Shown: positions 23,391-33,302 of the stretch, one piece after another
Numbering within the stretch: the stretch's first letter is position 1
Layout of the letters: each line of letters opens with the position of its first letter
Made by a program: the position numbers and the translations under genes
Notes under the pieces: generated by a model
Database searches by the model: none
Told to the model about the DNA's origin: nothing
What the model saw: the letters and a program-made list of their open reading frames with translations, nothing else
IMG/VR virus record: IMGVR_UViG_3300005805_000206
Location: 1-38,795 of that record
Origin: a virus
Lineage: Duplodnaviria; Caudoviricetes
Length of the DNA: 38,795 nt
Direction: 5' to 3' (one strand)

Positions 23391-23900
23391 CTATCTAGAC
23401 TTTCTTGCACTTCTTCCAGCTTTTGCGGCCCGCATTGTATTTGGAACAAACTGTCTTCCCTTTTTGCTTGCTTCAATTTTTTTTCTATTTGTTGCGGCTT
23501 TTTGTGCTGGTGTAAGTTTTTCCCATGCTGCAGCAGGCAGATATCTGCGCATGCCGTCGGGCCTATTTGCTGGCTTGCCGTCACTGGTGGTCCATTTTTC
23601 TTTTGTCCACTTTTTCAAAGAACGCTGAGTCTTACTTAGTCCACCCTTATACCCGCCACCAGCTTTTCTGTAACGAACGGCAAGCAATTGAGCTTTTCTT
23701 GCAGACCATTGACCAGGTCTTCCACCTTCAGAACCAGCCAAAACACGAGATTTTATTCTCTCTCGTAGTTCTGGTTTTGTGTATGAGCTCTTTGCGGATT
23801 TCTCCATGAATTCAGAGTCAACACCGGCTAAAAATTCACCGACTGCATACTCAACCCACTCGGGTCCAGTATTTATTGATTTTTCATATCTACGGCTCAT
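23391..23900 (-). CDS. DUF5872-like basic phage protein
   Basis: YTKPELRERIK...GGRPGQWSARKAQL...GGGY. Confidence 0.75.
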   Translation of the reverse strand: MSRRYEKSINTGPEWVEYAVGEFLAGVDSEFMEKSAKSSYTKPELRERIKSRVLAGSEGGRPGQWSARKAQLLAVRYRKAGGGYKGGLSKTQRSLKKWTKEKWTTSDGKPANRPDGMRRYLPAAAWEKLTPAQKAATNRKKIEASKKGRQFVPNTMRAAKAGRSARKSR

Positions 23901-23954
23901 TGTTTTCTCCGCTTAAAATAATACGCGATAAAAAAGCGGATTGGTGTTAAGTGT

Positions 23955-24254
23955 TTATTGCAGTCTTTGACCACATTTAAGACAAGTAACCGACCACGGA
24001 TAGCGCCTAACAGATGGATGCTCGCACTCAAGGAGCGTTTTTGCTTTTGCGTTTAAAATGTCTCGTATCCAGGCCGACATTGTTTTCCCCTCAACCGCAG
24101 CGGCCTGCCTCCAGCGCTCCCTAACCTCGTCTGTTGTTCTGATTAGGACTGATGTATTAGTTGGGCCTTCATCTTCTTTTTCTATAGGTCGCACTGACAG
24201 GTCGGTCGAATCAGCGACGGCCTTCATTGCGGCTTCAAGGTTGCTGTCACTCAT
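23955..24254 (-). CDS. ribbon-helix-helix-like DNA-binding protein with zinc motif
   Basis: VLIRT...W..AA..EGKTMSAWIR; C.H...CLKC. Confidence 0.65.
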   Translation of the reverse strand: MSDSNLEAAMKAVADSTDLSVRPIEKEDEGPTNTSVLIRTTDEVRERWRQAAAVEGKTMSAWIRDILNAKAKTLLECEHPSVRRYPWSVTCLKCGQRLQ

Positions 24255-24888
24255 CTGTTTCCTCTTCGGTTGTTTTTTCTTCTTCAGATACTATCTCAGC
24301 GTCAACAATGTCAGCTTCACCAAGCATTTGTCTGACTGCGCTTTCTGGTAAAACCCCAGACATTCCCATCAGTTGCAGAAGCTGCCTGGCCTCGGATTCA
24401 GGGTCGAAAGTATTGCCTATCTGCTTTAGTTGTTCAGAACCGGCAAGTGTGGCTTTTATTGTCTCACTGGTTTTGTTCCCCACATCCATCTGAACACTGA
24501 TGTTTGTTTGGTCCATGCCTAGAAGTTTTGTGCGCCTATCCATGATTGACAGAACCTGTTGTATTGCTTTCAGGTCTGGCTCGACGGCAACTTCGGTTCC
24601 GTCATCCATAACCTGTCTTCTGTGCTGCGTTAATGGCCAGATTGCTTGCTGAAGACTGTCTAGTCTTTCAAGTTCAAGCCGAAGAACTTCTGGATAAGCC
24701 ATCAGCGTTTCGCGGTTCATTTTCTCTAATTGGCGAGAAATTGCCTTAGACACAGCGCTCGTTGTCATTCCAAAACGCCTTGCTATTTCTGAAGTTGAAG
24801 TTCCGGCTTGGCGAAGTTTGAATATCCGCATGTCTCTTTCACCAAGAAACTCGCGCGTAGCAATTTTATTGCTTTTATCTTCGGTCAT
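24247..24888 (-). CDS. HTH protein, terminase small subunit-like
   Basis: LRQAG.S.SEIA..FG; LELERLD...W; IMDRR.KLLG.D. Confidence 0.65.
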   Translation of the reverse strand: MTEDKSNKIATREFLGERDMRIFKLRQAGTSTSEIARRFGMTTSAVSKAISRQLEKMNRETLMAYPEVLRLELERLDSLQQAIWPLTQHRRQVMDDGTEVAVEPDLKAIQQVLSIMDRRTKLLGMDQTNISVQMDVGNKTSETIKATLAGSEQLKQIGNTFDPESEARQLLQLMGMSGVLPESAVRQMLGEADIVDAEIVSEEEKTTEEETDE

Positions 24889-24905
24889 TAACCCATCTTA
24901 GTGAA

Positions 24906-26732
24906 TTATTTATCAACTTTCATGAACTCAATCACTTCGAACGGAAACACCTTGCCTCGCTTGATTTTTAACGGCCACTGGCGCTGGTCGCGTGCCCCTC
25001 TAAAGTGTCGAACGTCGTATACGTATGGTTCATTTGCTGTTGGGTCGGGCTGAAGAGAGATGCCGAACTCTGGCCAACGCGACCACACTGCAGAACCAAA
25101 AGGACGCAGTTCTCTTGTGTTGAGGGTGGTTCCGAGTGGTGCATGGTGTTCAAGCCACAATGCACAGCCGTAAACGGTTCTAATTGTGTCTAAGTACTTA
25201 GCCACCTCGACCGCGATGGCCTCTGATGTTCTGCCACCTGGGTCAACGAATGCTTTATACAAAGGACCCATCACCAAGATATCTGGCTTGACTCGCTCAA
25301 TCGCTTCCTCGAGAACAAGTCTGTCTTCGGGTTTCAGTAAATCCATACCAGACGGCTTTGTCAGCACCTCTCCGTAAACTCTTGAAACATGCCCTCGGCG
25401 CATTGCTTGCGTGAGGATTGCTGATGATGCTCTGCGAATAATTCTCTCAGGGTTTTCAAGGTCAACGGTAAGTGTAACGACTGGTTTCATGTGTCCATAG
25501 GTAAAAGGATGTATACCAGCCGCGGCGCAAAGTGCAACTTGTCGTGCAAGCATTGTCTTTCCAACGCCTTCAGCAGCAACAACAATTACTCTCTCTCCGC
25601 GTTCTAGAAGCCCTGGGATTACCCAGTCATATGAGTCATCAACTTGCTCTGCGATAAAGTCGTTCCATTGAACGAGACGACCTGGGTCTGTAATCTGCTT
25701 TGATGTAGTCGCTGAAAGAATCATCGACATTTTTGAAACTATTTGACCAGGACTTAAGTCTTCTCTGCCAAATAGTTCTTGAATCTTTAATAGCGCAGAA
25801 TCAAAAACAGATTCTTTTTTTTCTTCAATTGGCTCGCTCTCTTCTTGAGATTCATTGTCAATATTTTCAACATGCTCTGATTCGTTTTCTTCATGTTGCG
25901 AAAATGCAACAAGCGTCTCGAATGTACCACCTGAAGATAAATGGTCTGTAATGTCTTTTACATCTGGGCAAATCCATGCCTGCGCATCACACCCTGCATC
26001 AGTCAGGACTTTTAACAGTTTTGAAGCATGCTCTCTTCCGGGGGCATCATTGTCTGCGACAATGTCAACAATTGCTCCTGCGAGCGCTTCTGTGTGGATG
26101 TCGAGCCAGTGCCCAGCTCCTCCAGGCATTGTTGTTGCAACATACCCCAACGCAATAAGCGTGTCTGCGTCTTTCTCTCCTTCAACTACCCAAATAGGTA
26201 TTCCAGACTCTTTTGCAGCAAGAACAGCTGGGAGATTGTAGAGAATTTTCGGAACCTCTAAAAGCGAATACGACCAACCACCATTCTCTACGGGTTTTCT
26301 CTGTCTAAAAGTCTTTACACCATCCTGATTTATGTATCTTACTTTTTGGAAAAGTAATTCACCAGATTCGTCAATGTAATCATAAGAGCAAACAAACTTA
26401 AGCTCTTCTCTGGCAATAGGTTTTGGTGCCTGCTTTAAAGTTTGTTGTTTTTCTTTTTTGACAATCGGTTTTTCATAAATTGTACTCGTTCCGTTTTGCG
26501 GCATAATGTCGGAAATAGTCAAACCGACTGAAGCGCATATTTCTGAAGCGTCGCAACCATTCCCTCTGTGGCAATGAACCAAAACGCGGCCATCTGTCCC
26601 CTCGCTGACCGAAAGAGATGGATTGTTGTCATCATTTCTGCAAGGACAGCGAGCCATGAAATTGCTACCGCTCTGCCTGACTCCATCAAGTCTGTCAAGG
26701 AAGTTTTGGACGATTGGCCCTGGGGTCGTCAC
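24906..26732 (-). CDS. DNA primase-helicase (zinc finger, TOPRIM, RecA/AAA helicase)
   Basis: CPC..D..PSL...HCH..C; VEGEKD, DND; Walker A AAEGVGKT. Confidence 0.9.
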   Translation of the reverse strand: MTTPGPIVQNFLDRLDGVRQSGSNFMARCPCRNDDNNPSLSVSEGTDGRVLVHCHRGNGCDASEICASVGLTISDIMPQNGTSTIYEKPIVKKEKQQTLKQAPKPIAREELKFVCSYDYIDESGELLFQKVRYINQDGVKTFRQRKPVENGGWSYSLLEVPKILYNLPAVLAAKESGIPIWVVEGEKDADTLIALGYVATTMPGGAGHWLDIHTEALAGAIVDIVADNDAPGREHASKLLKVLTDAGCDAQAWICPDVKDITDHLSSGGTFETLVAFSQHEENESEHVENIDNESQEESEPIEEKKESVFDSALLKIQELFGREDLSPGQIVSKMSMILSATTSKQITDPGRLVQWNDFIAEQVDDSYDWVIPGLLERGERVIVVAAEGVGKTMLARQVALCAAAGIHPFTYGHMKPVVTLTVDLENPERIIRRASSAILTQAMRRGHVSRVYGEVLTKPSGMDLLKPEDRLVLEEAIERVKPDILVMGPLYKAFVDPGGRTSEAIAVEVAKYLDTIRTVYGCALWLEHHAPLGTTLNTRELRPFGSAVWSRWPEFGISLQPDPTANEPYVYDVRHFRGARDQRQWPLKIKRGKVFPFEVIEFMKVDK

Positions 26733-27121
26733 TGGGCTTCCCGAAGCGCTTTCTTTATTACTGCATCCTTGAGACGATAATTCCCTTTATACGCGAATCC
26801 ATTAGCATTTCGTCGTCCAATTCCAGGAAGAAAAATTCTTGCTTCTCGCGACAAAAGAATCCCTCTTTCGCTTCTCATCATTGCTCGTTCAGCCTCTGTT
26901 TTTCCTCCCCATATGCCGATGGGTTCATGGCGAAGAGAGTACTCAAGACAATGTTCTTTAGATGCACATGAATTACAAAGCTCAATAGCTTCTTTTATAT
27001 CAGACCTAAATTTAAGCCACTGTTCCCTTGGTAGACCCTTTTCGATTATTGGAAACCACTTGTCGACATCGTGTCCTTTGCAATTTCCATCTGCTGGTGG
27101 CGCATCGTAGTTTTGCAGCAA
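26729..27121 (-). CDS. whiB: WhiB-family regulator
   Basis: C...CNSC....C...GIWGGKTEAER. Confidence 0.88.
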   Translation of the reverse strand: MLQNYDAPPADGNCKGHDVDKWFPIIEKGLPREQWLKFRSDIKEAIELCNSCASKEHCLEYSLRHEPIGIWGGKTEAERAMMRSERGILLSREARIFLPGIGRRNANGFAYKGNYRLKDAVIKKALREAQ

Positions 27122-27130
27122 TTTAACTCC

Positions 27131-27553
27131 TCACGTCGGATTGGGTTTGGTTATCCTAGCGACGTCGGATGAGGAAAGAAATACCAGGGCATGTTTTACT
27201 ACAAGATTTCCTGAAATATCTGTTGCGACAATGTCGATTGCTTCTAACGGAATTTTAAACTTTGAAGCAATTGCTGCTTTCATTTTGCTTATGTCGATTT
27301 CTTCTTCGACAAATTTTACATTGTCATCAATGTTTGCTGGAACAGCTCCTGCGGTCAGAGCCTTCATCTCGCCATCTTTTTTGGCGGCGCGAAGACACCA
27401 TGCACAAGCTAGTTTTGGGGTCGAAGCAGCACGCGCACGAGTTTCAGTGTGTCCACATGAAAGCAAGTGTCGATATTCAACTTTTCCCCAAGCACCTTCG
27501 CGGGTGATTTGGACCACGTCTTGGCGTGGTGCTTTGCGATGTTCAGTTGTCAC
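27131..27553 (-). CDS. hypothetical protein with zinc motif
   Basis: LSCGH...CAWC. Confidence 0.65.
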   Translation of the reverse strand: MTTEHRKAPRQDVVQITREGAWGKVEYRHLLSCGHTETRARAASTPKLACAWCLRAAKKDGEMKALTAGAVPANIDDNVKFVEEEIDISKMKAAIASKFKIPLEAIDIVATDISGNLVVKHALVFLSSSDVARITKPNPT

Positions 27554-27580
27554 AACCCACCATTATGGTGGAAGAAGAAG

Positions 27581-27844
27581 TTACTTTGAGAGACGTCTAA
27601 AAAGCTTTCGCAGCCACTTCTTCACACCGCGAGCATCAACTGATACTTGCGCTGGAATGCTGTCGATTAACTTCTCAATTTTGTCTGCATGCTCTGCTAC
27701 TTGCTTCGCTGCAATTTCTTCAATGAAATCTTCTGCTTTTGCAAAAGTGCTTTTTGGAGCAGCCTTCTTCGCAGGAGCCTTCTTTGCTGGCGCCTTCTTA
27801 GCAGGAGCCTTCTTTGATGTTGTCTTTTTCTTTGCTGTTGCCAT
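27581..27844 (-). CDS. histone-like protein with PAKKA repeats
   Basis: KKAPAKKAPAKKAPAKKAAPK. Confidence 0.7.
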   Translation of the reverse strand: MATAKKKTTSKKAPAKKAPAKKAPAKKAAPKSTFAKAEDFIEEIAAKQVAEHADKIEKLIDSIPAQVSVDARGVKKWLRKLFRRLSK

Positions 27845-27926
27845 GTCCTTGACTTTATCAAACCATTCACCCCCGTGGCGGAACCACCTCCCCCGTTGAT
27901 AGTAGGGTTGGACCTAGGCTGTTGGC

Positions 27927-28574
27927 GTGGAAGGCTCTTATGACAACGATTATAGTAAAATTGCGCTTGCCATAACTGCCGCTCAATTGGCGAAATCTAC
28001 AAGTGTAAAAGAATTTGGAATTGGCGAAGATTTATCAATCAATTTCTTTGGCTGGGAAAAGGACAGATTAGCCATCGTCTGCCAGATGAGGCAAGATATG
28101 ATGAAGATTGACCCAGAAGAGCGTTTAGCGCGCTGTACGGAGCTCTGTGCAGTTCTGAGGCGATACTGGGGCGTCTCATCTATAACAATGGTTGCTGAGG
28201 GCTACTGCTCTGCGAACATGACTGAGACAGAAGGTTTATCCCTATCCGACGCGTTTCTTGATGCTTCAAAACCGGTAAAAGAGTGCATCACCGTAACCAA
28301 TGTGACACTAGACGAAAAAGCCGTTGACGATGGCGGTTTTGTAACGACAATTATTGCGGTTCCTTATGCCTACGAGCTCGGCAGGACGCTGAAGTGGTTT
28401 GACACCCTCATTTATACGAATGGTGGGGGGAAGAACTTCAGGAACTCCAAATATCCCCAGTCCATGAGGAGAGCCTTAAAGAATAAGGTTGTAGATGACC
28501 TGCCGGACGAAGCGTACGAAGAACTTATAAGTCTTATTAATTCAAATGGTTTTCATATTCAGGAATTTTATTAA
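27927..28574 (+). CDS. hypothetical protein
   Basis: 215-aa ORF, probably leaderless (TAGGCT 6 nt before GTG). Confidence 0.75.
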   Translation: MEGSYDNDYSKIALAITAAQLAKSTSVKEFGIGEDLSINFFGWEKDRLAIVCQMRQDMMKIDPEERLARCTELCAVLRRYWGVSSITMVAEGYCSANMTETEGLSLSDAFLDASKPVKECITVTNVTLDEKAVDDGGFVTTIIAVPYAYELGRTLKWFDTLIYTNGGGKNFRNSKYPQSMRRALKNKVVDDLPDEAYEELISLINSNGFHIQEFY

Positions 28575-28590
28575 AGTATAATAAATACAA

Positions 28591-28929
28591 ATGCCATTTT
28601 ACGATAACTCATACGACGAAATGTACGGCCGTTCACGGAACCTATTTGACAACGTCACAATCCTGCCAGCTGATAGGACTCCGTGCCTCGTTTGTGGTCA
28701 CCCAACTGGGGATTGTGCTGGGGATAACTCTTCTCACACAAGAATAGCTGGATTTGGATTGATTGATTCACTTAAAGCTGTTCAAACTTTTTTAGTTGAA
28801 GAAGACATACATGAGGAGAGACAGATAACACCTTCGATAAAAACAAAAGTTCTGTTGCACAAGAAGGGTAAACAGATACCATACGCCGAAGCCGAAAGAC
28901 TTGGGTTGATTAAAAGCTGGACAAACTAA
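28591..28929 (+). CDS. hypothetical protein
   Basis: CLVCGHPTGDC motif; TATAAT upstream. Confidence 0.7.
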   Translation: MPFYDNSYDEMYGRSRNLFDNVTILPADRTPCLVCGHPTGDCAGDNSSHTRIAGFGLIDSLKAVQTFLVEEDIHEERQITPSIKTKVLLHKKGKQIPYAEAERLGLIKSWTN

Positions 28930-29021
28930 GAGCAAAGTTACTACGACTTTAGACCCTTTCAGTATTCTCGGTTAAGTTAAAATCGATACCTACTCAAATC
29001 ACTATCACAACAGGAAAAATC

Positions 29022-30947
29022 ATGACTTCGCTTGACCAATCATTCGTGGATTCGTATTCTCTAAAACAAGCTCCGTGGGGATTTAACGGTATGGGAGAAA
29101 TTGTATTTCTTCGTACTTACAGTCGCAAGAAAGAAGATGGAAATAACGAAACTTGGCCTGAAACTCTTCAGCGCGTAATTAACGGAGCGATGGAAGTTGG
29201 AGTTGAATATACAAAAGAAGAAGCAGAAGCATTGTTTGACCACTGCTTTAATCTTCGCTGTTCATTTTCTGGTCGCTCACTTTGGCAACTTGGAACACCA
29301 CTTGTCCAAAAGTTCAATGCAACATCATTGAACAACTGTTACTTCACCAATATCGAAAAGATTGAAGACTTTGAACTTTTGTTCGAATACTTAATGCTCG
29401 GTGGTGGAGTTGGTTTCTCTGTAGAGCGCTCCAAGATTCACGACTTGCCAAAGGTTAAGTCAGGCGTAACAATTACACACGAACGTTCCAACGATGCAGA
29501 CATCATTGTCCCAGACTCGCGTCAGGGTTGGAAGCGACTTCTTCATGCAGTATTGAAGTCATATTTCGACACGGGTAAGTCATTCTCATATTCCACTATT
29601 CTCATTCGTGAATATGGTGCACCACTCAAGACATTCGGTGGAACAGCATCAGGACCAGGCGCACTCATCGAAGGTATCGCAGATATCGCCAAAGTCATGC
29701 AAAATCGTGAAGGCAAGAAGCTTCGTTCAATTGATGTGCTCGATATTTGCAATATCATCGGTCGAATTGTTGTTTCTGGTTCTTCGCGTCGTTCAGCGCA
29801 AATCGCAATGGGTGACCCAGACGATGTTCTCTTCATTCGTGCAAAGAACTGGGCGTCTGGAAATATTCCTGCATGGAGAGCAAACTCAAACAACTCCATT
29901 TACGCCGACCACTATGACGAAATCATGTCAGAGTTGTGGAAGGGCTACGACGGAACTGGTGAGCCTTACGGTTTGTTGAATCGCCGTCTTGCAAGAAAGT
30001 TTGGTCGTCTTGGTGAGGCAAAAGCCGACAATTCAATTGAAGGTTTTAACCCTTGCGCTGAAATTGCACTTGCTGATGGAGAGTCTTGCAACTTGGCAAC
30101 AATATTCCTACCGAACGTTGAGTCCTTGGAGCAATTCAAGGAAATCTCGCGCTTGCTATACAAGACGCAAAAGCAAATCACTCGCATGGCTTATCCATAC
30201 GAAAAGACAACAAACATTGTGAGCAAGAATGCACGACTTGGCCAGTCCGTTACTGGAATCCTTCAGTGCTCAGAGGAGCAAGTTTCATGGCTCTCGCCTG
30301 CTTATGAGTGCCTCCAGGAATTTGACAAGCAGTACTCCGCAGAGCGTGGATGGCCAGCATCGGTTCGTTTGACAACGGTTCAGCCATCAGGAACTCTTTC
30401 ATTGCTTCCTGGTGTAACACCGGGTATTCACCCTGCATTTGCTCCGTTCTATGTAAGACGTGTTCGCTTCGGTTCGTCTGACCCGCTCGTTGAGGCTTGT
30501 CGCAAGCGTGGATACAAGATTCAGTGGGATATTGGAATCGACGGTAGAGAAGACCACACTCGTTATGTCGTGGATTTCCCGTGCATGTCACCAGAGGGTT
30601 CAACGCTTGCTTCAGCAATGACTGCCGTGCAACAACTTGAATGGGTTAAGAAGATGCAAACTGAATGGGCTGATAATGCCGTGTCGGTTACTGTCTACTA
30701 CCGCAAGGAAGAACTTTCAGAGATTCAGGAATGGCTCTCAAAAAATTACGATAAGAGCGTAAAGTCGGTTTCATTCCTGCTCCACGTAGACCACAACTTC
30801 TCTCTCCCTCCGTATGAAGAAATCACCAAGGAGGAGTACAACAAGATGCTCGCCAAGGTTGATTTCTCTGCTCCATTGCAAGATGTAACTTTTATGGGAG
30901 ATTTGGACCTTGACAATTGCGCAACAGGTGCTTGTCCGATAAAGTAG
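29022..30947 (+). CDS. nrdJ: class II (adenosylcobalamin-dependent) ribonucleotide reductase
   Basis: RTYSR, LNNC, GGGVG, RRSA, NPCAE, PSGT and C-terminal CATGACP; no beta subunit nearby. Confidence 0.92.
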   Translation: MTSLDQSFVDSYSLKQAPWGFNGMGEIVFLRTYSRKKEDGNNETWPETLQRVINGAMEVGVEYTKEEAEALFDHCFNLRCSFSGRSLWQLGTPLVQKFNATSLNNCYFTNIEKIEDFELLFEYLMLGGGVGFSVERSKIHDLPKVKSGVTITHERSNDADIIVPDSRQGWKRLLHAVLKSYFDTGKSFSYSTILIREYGAPLKTFGGTASGPGALIEGIADIAKVMQNREGKKLRSIDVLDICNIIGRIVVSGSSRRSAQIAMGDPDDVLFIRAKNWASGNIPAWRANSNNSIYADHYDEIMSELWKGYDGTGEPYGLLNRRLARKFGRLGEAKADNSIEGFNPCAEIALADGESCNLATIFLPNVESLEQFKEISRLLYKTQKQITRMAYPYEKTTNIVSKNARLGQSVTGILQCSEEQVSWLSPAYECLQEFDKQYSAERGWPASVRLTTVQPSGTLSLLPGVTPGIHPAFAPFYVRRVRFGSSDPLVEACRKRGYKIQWDIGIDGREDHTRYVVDFPCMSPEGSTLASAMTAVQQLEWVKKMQTEWADNAVSVTVYYRKEELSEIQEWLSKNYDKSVKSVSFLLHVDHNFSLPPYEEITKEEYNKMLAKVDFSAPLQDVTFMGDLDLDNCATGACPIK

Positions 30948-30951
30948 AGGC

Positions 30952-31575
30952 ATGGCCGGAAGAAAACCAATACCAGAAGAAGAACGTTTTTGGGAAAAAG
31001 TAGATAAATCTGGACGCAATCCAGATAAGCCAGATTGCTGGGAATGGACTGCGCGCCCAGTTAAGGGGTATGGTCAATTCAGTTGCAAGATAGATGGAGT
31101 GAACAAATCGCCTGGTGCACATAAGTACATTTGGGAAAAAACAAATAATCAGCGAGTTCCAAAGGGGCTTGAAGTTTGCCATCTTTGCAATAATCCACTA
31201 TGTGTCCGCCCAGACCACCTTGAAGTTGGAACTCGTTCCCATAATCAGCGTTATTCGGTTACGCACGGAAACCATAAGGAAAGCAGGAAAACCCACTGCA
31301 AACATGGTCACCGTTACGATGATGCAAGCACCTATTGGAAAATCAGCAAACGGACTGGCCTCCAAACACGTGATTGCAAGATATGCCACAAAAGGTGGAA
31401 CCAAGAGGGCAATGAACGCAAGCGCAATAAAAGGGGGAAAAAGCCAAATCATTGCAGACGTGGTCACGACCTGGCGGTGTCTGGTTGGAGACTCGTGACT
31501 AAAAAAAATGGAAACACATATAAGCTTTGCTTGGAGTGTGAAAGACTCAGAGAGAGAAAGAGGGAAAATGGCTAA
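30952..31575 (+). CDS. HNH homing endonuclease
   Basis: RFWEKV..CWEW, GYG, HLCNNPLCVRPDHL...N; HCxxGH zinc motifs. Confidence 0.88.
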   Translation: MAGRKPIPEEERFWEKVDKSGRNPDKPDCWEWTARPVKGYGQFSCKIDGVNKSPGAHKYIWEKTNNQRVPKGLEVCHLCNNPLCVRPDHLEVGTRSHNQRYSVTHGNHKESRKTHCKHGHRYDDASTYWKISKRTGLQTRDCKICHKRWNQEGNERKRNKRGKKPNHCRRGHDLAVSGWRLVTKKNGNTYKLCLECERLRERKRENG

Positions 31576-32095
31576 GCACATGCCACTAATTGAAAGATTC
31601 TTCCAGAAGGTTGATAAATCTGGTAACGATAAATTTCCAGATTGCTGGATTTGGACTGGTGCACCAACGAGTAAGGGTTATGGCTCGTTTAAGTACTATC
31701 AAGATAGGCCAGCGATTGGCGCCCATGTATCTAGTCATCTATTTCATATAGGTGAAGTACCAAAAGGGCAAGTTGTCCGTCATCACTGCGACAACCCACC
31801 TTGCGTAAATCCAGAGCATTTGATTCTTGGGTCTCACTCCGACAATATGAAAGATATGTTCGCAAGAGGAAGAAATGGCGCAAACACAAAGCCACAGACA
31901 CATTGCCGAAGAGGTCACGAACTAAATGTTGTTGGTGTAAAAATACAACATAGAAAAAATGGAAAGATAGACAGGGCGTGTCGAGAGTGCATTAAGATGA
32001 CAGCCTTAAAAAAACGAAACAGTCCAGAAACAAGGGAAGCGCACCTGAAGTATCAGCGTGAGTATCAAAGAGAGTATTATCGTAGGAATAAGTAG
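31568..32095 (+). CDS. HNH homing endonuclease
   Basis: RFFQKV..CWIW, HHCDNPPCVNPEHL...DN; start moved to MAKH. Confidence 0.88.
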   Translation: MAKHMPLIERFFQKVDKSGNDKFPDCWIWTGAPTSKGYGSFKYYQDRPAIGAHVSSHLFHIGEVPKGQVVRHHCDNPPCVNPEHLILGSHSDNMKDMFARGRNGANTKPQTHCRRGHELNVVGVKIQHRKNGKIDRACRECIKMTALKKRNSPETREAHLKYQREYQREYYRRNK

Positions 32096-32099
32096 ATAT

Positions 32100-32175
32100 G
32101 CGTCGGTGGCCAAATGGATAAGGCAACAGACTTCTAATCTGTAGACTGTAGGTTCGAGTCCTACCCGACGCGCCA
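32100..32175 (+). tRNA. tRNA-Arg(TCT)
   Basis: Cloverleaf, ACAGA-CTTCTAA-TCTGT, encoded CCA. Confidence 0.93.
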
Positions 32176-32387
32176 TGAAACACATAATTCACGTTCATCA
32201 ACAAAAAATAAAAAAAGGTTTAGACGCAATTATTGACAGAACCTACAAAGGTTCCAAACATAGTCGCGGCCTTACTGTTGTATGTCCGAACTGCGGTCAC
32301 GACGCTGCAAAAATAGTCCAATCCGACACACCTGACAGGTGTGGTGCTAGGGTGTGGATTGAAGCAGAAAAAATCAGTGGCGAGTAG
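32175..32387 (+). CDS. small phage protein with CxxC
   Basis: 70 aa, ATG begins at the A of the tRNA CCA. Confidence 0.65.
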   Translation: MKHIIHVHQQKIKKGLDAIIDRTYKGSKHSRGLTVVCPNCGHDAAKIVQSDTPDRCGARVWIEAEKISGE

Positions 32388-32410
32388 CTCAGTTGGCAGA
32401 GCAAGCACCA
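32378..32410 (+). pseudogene. tRNA remnant (5' strand and D-arm fused to an ACCA end)
   Basis: TGGCGAG-TA-GCTC-AGTTGGCA-GAGC-A then AGCACCA; no anticodon or T arm. Confidence 0.55.
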
Positions 32411-32416
32411 TTCTAG

Positions 32417-32488
32417 GCCCGTTTAGCTCAGTGGTAGAGCTCTGCACTTGTAATGCAGTGGTCCTCGGTTCAATCCCGAGAGCGGGCT
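32417..32488 (+). tRNA. tRNA-Thr(TGT)
   Basis: Cloverleaf, CTGCA-CTTGTAA-TGCAG. Confidence 0.93.
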
Positions 32489-32513
32489 CAAGTTGGGGTA
32501 GAATTTAGCCCCT

Positions 32514-33302
32514 ATGGGCATAACGATTTACAGGAACCAGCGAATTGGTGAAATACCGCCAACTCCGGCCACTTCCGTCATCGATGACTCTGTCACTCCA
32601 GACAGCGTAAAAGTCCTAAAGGAATACGGCTCCATCCTTGGTCATCCTGTTTCATATGTCCAAGAACAAAACGGAAGGCTAATCCAAAACCTTGTTCCAG
32701 TCCACAAGACCGAGTACCAACAGATTTCCACTTCGTCCAAGGTTGAATTGGAGATGCACACGGAATCATCATTTCATCCGTACAGGCCGTCTTACGTCAT
32801 CCTGCTTTGCCTTCGTGGTGATGATGCCGTAGCAACAACGTATGCCGACGATTTTGACATTGTCCCAAAGCTGAGCAATGAGGCAATTTCAATACTTCAG
32901 AAAAAATGGTTTACAACGCAGATTGACCAAAGTTTCAGGTCTGACGGACAGCCAGACGTACATGTCCCTACTCCAATACTTGAAAAAACGAATACTGACT
33001 GGAAAATAACTTACGACTCGTGGTTTATGAAAGCCGTTGGGGACGGAAGTGATGAATCTCGCTCCCAGGCAGATAGGGCGCTCCAAGAGATGCGCGATGC
33101 GGTGAATTCTTCCACGAAAGAGGTTGTTCTAAAGACTGGTGATTTACTGGTGATAAATAACGACTGCACTGTCCATGGCAGAAAGCCGTTTCAGCCGAGG
33201 TACGACGGAACAGATAGGTGGGTTCAAAGAATGCTTGTCATACGCGAGATGCCTCCATCAGAGCACATTGACGAGCACATGATTACAACAAAGTTCGAAT
33301 AA
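32514..33302 (+). CDS. TauD/clavaminate-synthase-like Fe(II)/2-oxoglutarate dioxygenase
   Basis: HTE motif, LLCLR, GDLLVINN...VHGR..F..RYDG.DRW..R. Confidence 0.88.
   Translation: MGITIYRNQRIGEIPPTPATSVIDDSVTPDSVKVLKEYGSILGHPVSYVQEQNGRLIQNLVPVHKTEYQQISTSSKVELEMHTESSFHPYRPSYVILLCLRGDDAVATTYADDFDIVPKLSNEAISILQKKWFTTQIDQSFRSDGQPDVHVPTPILEKTNTDWKITYDSWFMKAVGDGSDESRSQADRALQEMRDAVNSSTKEVVLKTGDLLVINNDCTVHGRKPFQPRYDGTDRWVQRMLVIREMPPSEHIDEHMITTKFE

Noticed and set aside
27141-27899. 252-aa plus-strand ORF
   Set aside because: Antisense shadow of two better-supported minus-strand genes.
29022-30947. Intron or intein in nrdJ associated with the HNH genes
   Set aside because: The ORF is continuous with normal motif spacing and an intact C-terminus; the HNH genes are downstream.
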